Shown piece by piece: positions 63,629 through 64,000 of a stretch of 64,000 nt of DNA; within the stretch, counting starts at the first letter, position 1; each line of letters opens with the position of its first letter. The DNA comes from Octopus sinensis. Lineage: Eukaryota. The stretch spans positions 194,514 through 258,513 of the forward strand of contig NW_021835233.1 in the NCBI RefSeq assembly GCF_006345805.1, in the 5' to 3' direction. The notes beneath the pieces were generated by a model, which made no database searches, was not told the origin of the DNA, and saw only the letters and a program-made list of their open reading frames with translations. The translations under genes were made by a program, and so were the position numbers.

Positions 63629-64000
63629 TTAAACTTTACAAAACCTGAAATTGTGTGTATGTGTGTGTTGCTGGTGGTGTGGTGATGAGGGGGGGTAGTT
63701 AATTACATTGACCACGGGTACATAACTGGTATTTATTTTGAAAGGAAGAAAGACAAAGTTAACCTTTGTGAGATTTGAACTCAGAACATAAAGTCAGAAG
63801 GAACACCGTATTTTGTCCAGTGCTTTAACGATTCTGCCAGCGCACCACCGTCGTTATGAATTTCTTTCTTAACCACAAAGAATTGATAGGCAGAGGGGAC
63901 GGACAAGGGGTTGGGGTATCGTATGAAATGACAATGTGAGAACAATAAAATTAAAATGTATAATGATTTATACACCAGAGGAGTTAGAAAGAACACAGAA

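Overview
AT-rich, microsatellite-saturated animal genomic DNA. The repeat families look like those of an Octopus genome (inference). The window lies inside one + strand gene, IFT122/WDR10 (IFT-A core subunit). I traced eight internal coding exons by hand (1575-1736, 2575-2741, 18703-18874, 28660-28762, 29542-29682, 43321-43418, 46749-46849, 61316-61481; 1110 nt, 370 codons). Intron phases are compatible throughout, and the gene is incomplete at both window ends. The intron at 43419 probably uses a GC donor. The next intron (46850-61315, about 14.5 kb) has full U12 minor-spliceosome signals. The introns are filled with tRNA-headed SINEs, a (GAT)n-tailed retroelement family, Helitrons, piggyBac/mariner MITEs, RTE and R4/Dong-like LINE relics, an 18S rRNA fragment and many fold-back hairpins. 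The most interesting signal is that several unrelated non-autonomous repeats, mostly head-to-head inverted pairs, carry minimal type I hammerhead ribozyme cores (CUGAnGA...GAAA, near loop-less palindromic stem III). One of them sits at the 3' end of a tRNA-headed SINE-like element. Most ORFs in the supplied track are microsatellite or SINE artefacts. No searches or folding programs were run: protein and family assignments come from motif recognition and remembered consensus sequences, and repeat boundaries are approximate to a few bases unless termini are quoted.
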